Part shown: positions 62,360 through 64,000 of the stretch, in pieces
Layout: every line of letters starts with the position of its first letter
Numbering within the stretch: position 1 is the first letter of the stretch
NCBI GenBank assembly: GCA_964016885.1
Contig: OZ024743.1
Coordinates: 88,288,001-88,352,000, forward strand
DNA from: Eledone cirrhosa
Lineage: Eukaryota
Direction: 5' to 3'
DNA length: 64,000 nucleotides
The notes under the pieces: model-generated
Seen by the model: the letters and a program-made list of their open reading frames with translations, nothing else
Told to the model about the DNA's origin: nothing
The model's database searches: none
Translations under genes and position numbers: made by a program

Positions 62360-63543
62360 CTGGGAAATGGCCATGCTCAGTGTGTAGGAAAGGAGTAGGT
62401 AGAAACTCCATTTTATGTCCCAAATGCAAAGTATGGGTACATAAAAGATGTAGTGGGATCACAGGTAAGCTAACTAAGAATATAGATTTTACATGTGGCC
62501 GGTGCTCTGGTGCAATAAGTAGCAGCAAGTGCCCACAGAATACTAACTCATTCCATTGCACAGATGGTTCTATAGAAATAGTGGACAGCTTCCGTTACCT
62601 GGGTGACAAAATCAGCAGTGGGGGAGGGTGCTCTGAAAGTACAGTAGCTAGAGTCAGAACGGGATGGAAAAAGTTCAGAGAGCTTATACCACTATTGGCC
62701 ACTAAAGGGTTCGCTCTAAAAATGAAAGGCAGGCTGTATGATGCCTGCATACGAACAGCAATGTTACATGGCAGTGAGACCTGGGCATTGTGTTCAGAGG
62801 ATATATGCAGACTGGAGAGAAATGAAGCTTGCATGCTCCGCTGGATGTGTAATAGTAATATACGTGAAAGGCAAAGCATAAACGTACTAAGGGAGAAATT
62901 AGAAATAAGAGGGATCAGATGTTGTTTACTCGAGAGAAGACTACGTTGGTATGGTCACGTGATGTGCATGAAAGACGACAGCTGTATAAAAAAGTTCAGG
63001 GCAATAAAAATAGACGGTAGCCATGGAGTAGGCAGACCCAGAAAAACCTGGGATGACTTGATAAATTCCGACCTCACACACTTACACCTCTCCAAGACAA
63101 TGTCACTGGACCGAGAGCTTTGGCGCTACACAGTAATAGAGAAGACTCGCCTTACCTAAGTACAAAGTGAAACCTACAGTCAGTAGGCACCTCTAACAAA
63201 ATACACCCCCGTCCCACTACCCACACCCCATCCACATCACCCCTTTCAATGTAAAGTTATGTTGGTACCACAACATCCAGGCCAAAACAAATGAGGTCGT
63301 GTAGGTGTCACGACAAAAAAACACACAGTCCACGCTGTAATGTGGCCATGTAGGCAACATGGTAAAAACCTCCCAGCCCACACTGTAAACGTGGTTGGTG
63401 TTAGGAAGGGCATCCAGCCATAGAAAACCCGCCAGACAGTCCTATGCGAGCAAGACAACCACTCTTGCCTCAAGTGGGAAAACCCCCGTCCAGACCCATG
63501 CAAGTGTGGAATATGGACGTTAAACGATGATGATGATGATGAT
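62360..63543 (+). mobile_element. RTE family A 3' fragment
   Basis: ORF 62380-63159 starting at the zinc finger; 3' UTR; (GAT)n tail. Confidence 0.94.
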
Positions 63544-63577
63544 ACACGCATATATACAAATACATACGCACGCATAT

Positions 63578-64000
63578 GTCTTAGTCTTAGTTCCTCCAGT
63601 CCCTTGTGGAACATTGGGCGACGAGCTTCCTCCACTTGATCCTGTCACTGGCGGCGCTTCTAGCACCTCTCCAGGTAATTCCCATCTCCCGCAGGTCCTC
63701 CCTGAATGTGCTCCGCCATGTTTTTCGTGGTCTTCCCCGTTCTCTCCTGCCACCCTCTGGTACCCAATCCATGGCAATATGAGCAGGTCGATCTGCCGGC
63801 AAACGAAGGATGTGGCATGCGAACCGCTGTCTCCTTTTCCAGACAATGTCCCTTAACCTCTCCAATCCTGACCGCCTCATCACTTCCTCGTTGCTAACTT
63901 GGTCTCTCCATGAAATTTTCAATATGGTCCGAATGCAACGACCGTGGAATACATCGAGCTTGTTACATACACTTTCCGTACTCTTCCATGTCTCACAGGC
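63578..64000 (-). mobile_element. Distinct RTE-clade LINE 3' end with (CTAAGA)n-type tail
   Basis: ORF 63587-63922 KISWRDQVSNEEV...GRPRKTWR...AQCSTRDWRN*; gtcttagtcttag on plus strand. Confidence 0.88.

Overview
Eukaryotic, repeat-rich animal genomic DNA. The SINE/LINE repertoire and (TA)n/(ATG)n/(ATT)n microsatellites resemble octopus/cephalopod genomes; this is inference only. There is no prokaryotic content and no CRISPR. The window holds the 5' part of one multi-exon plus-strand gene, a KIDINS220/ARMS orthologue. I assembled 15 coding exons by hand (8913-57122, 1781 nt, open reading frame throughout, GT-AG introns): a first exon, ten consecutive 99-nt phase-0 exons each encoding one ankyrin repeat, then the last ankyrin repeat, the KAP P-loop Walker A and the first transmembrane segments. 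The gene continues past the window. Introns contain about a dozen RTE-clade LINE copies, whose RT carries an inserted PHD-type zinc finger, and one near-intact 6-kb L1/Tx1-clade LINE flanked by (ATT)n with a structured 5' UTR. They also contain two tRNA-derived SINE families, piggyBac- and mariner-type MITEs, a mariner transposase fragment, an 8.7-kb 32-bp satellite and many minisatellites. Most ORF-track entries are repeat artefacts or antisense LINE frames. I found no clearly new multi-gene system; the best leads are retroelement features and the dsRNA/splicing architecture of the host gene.
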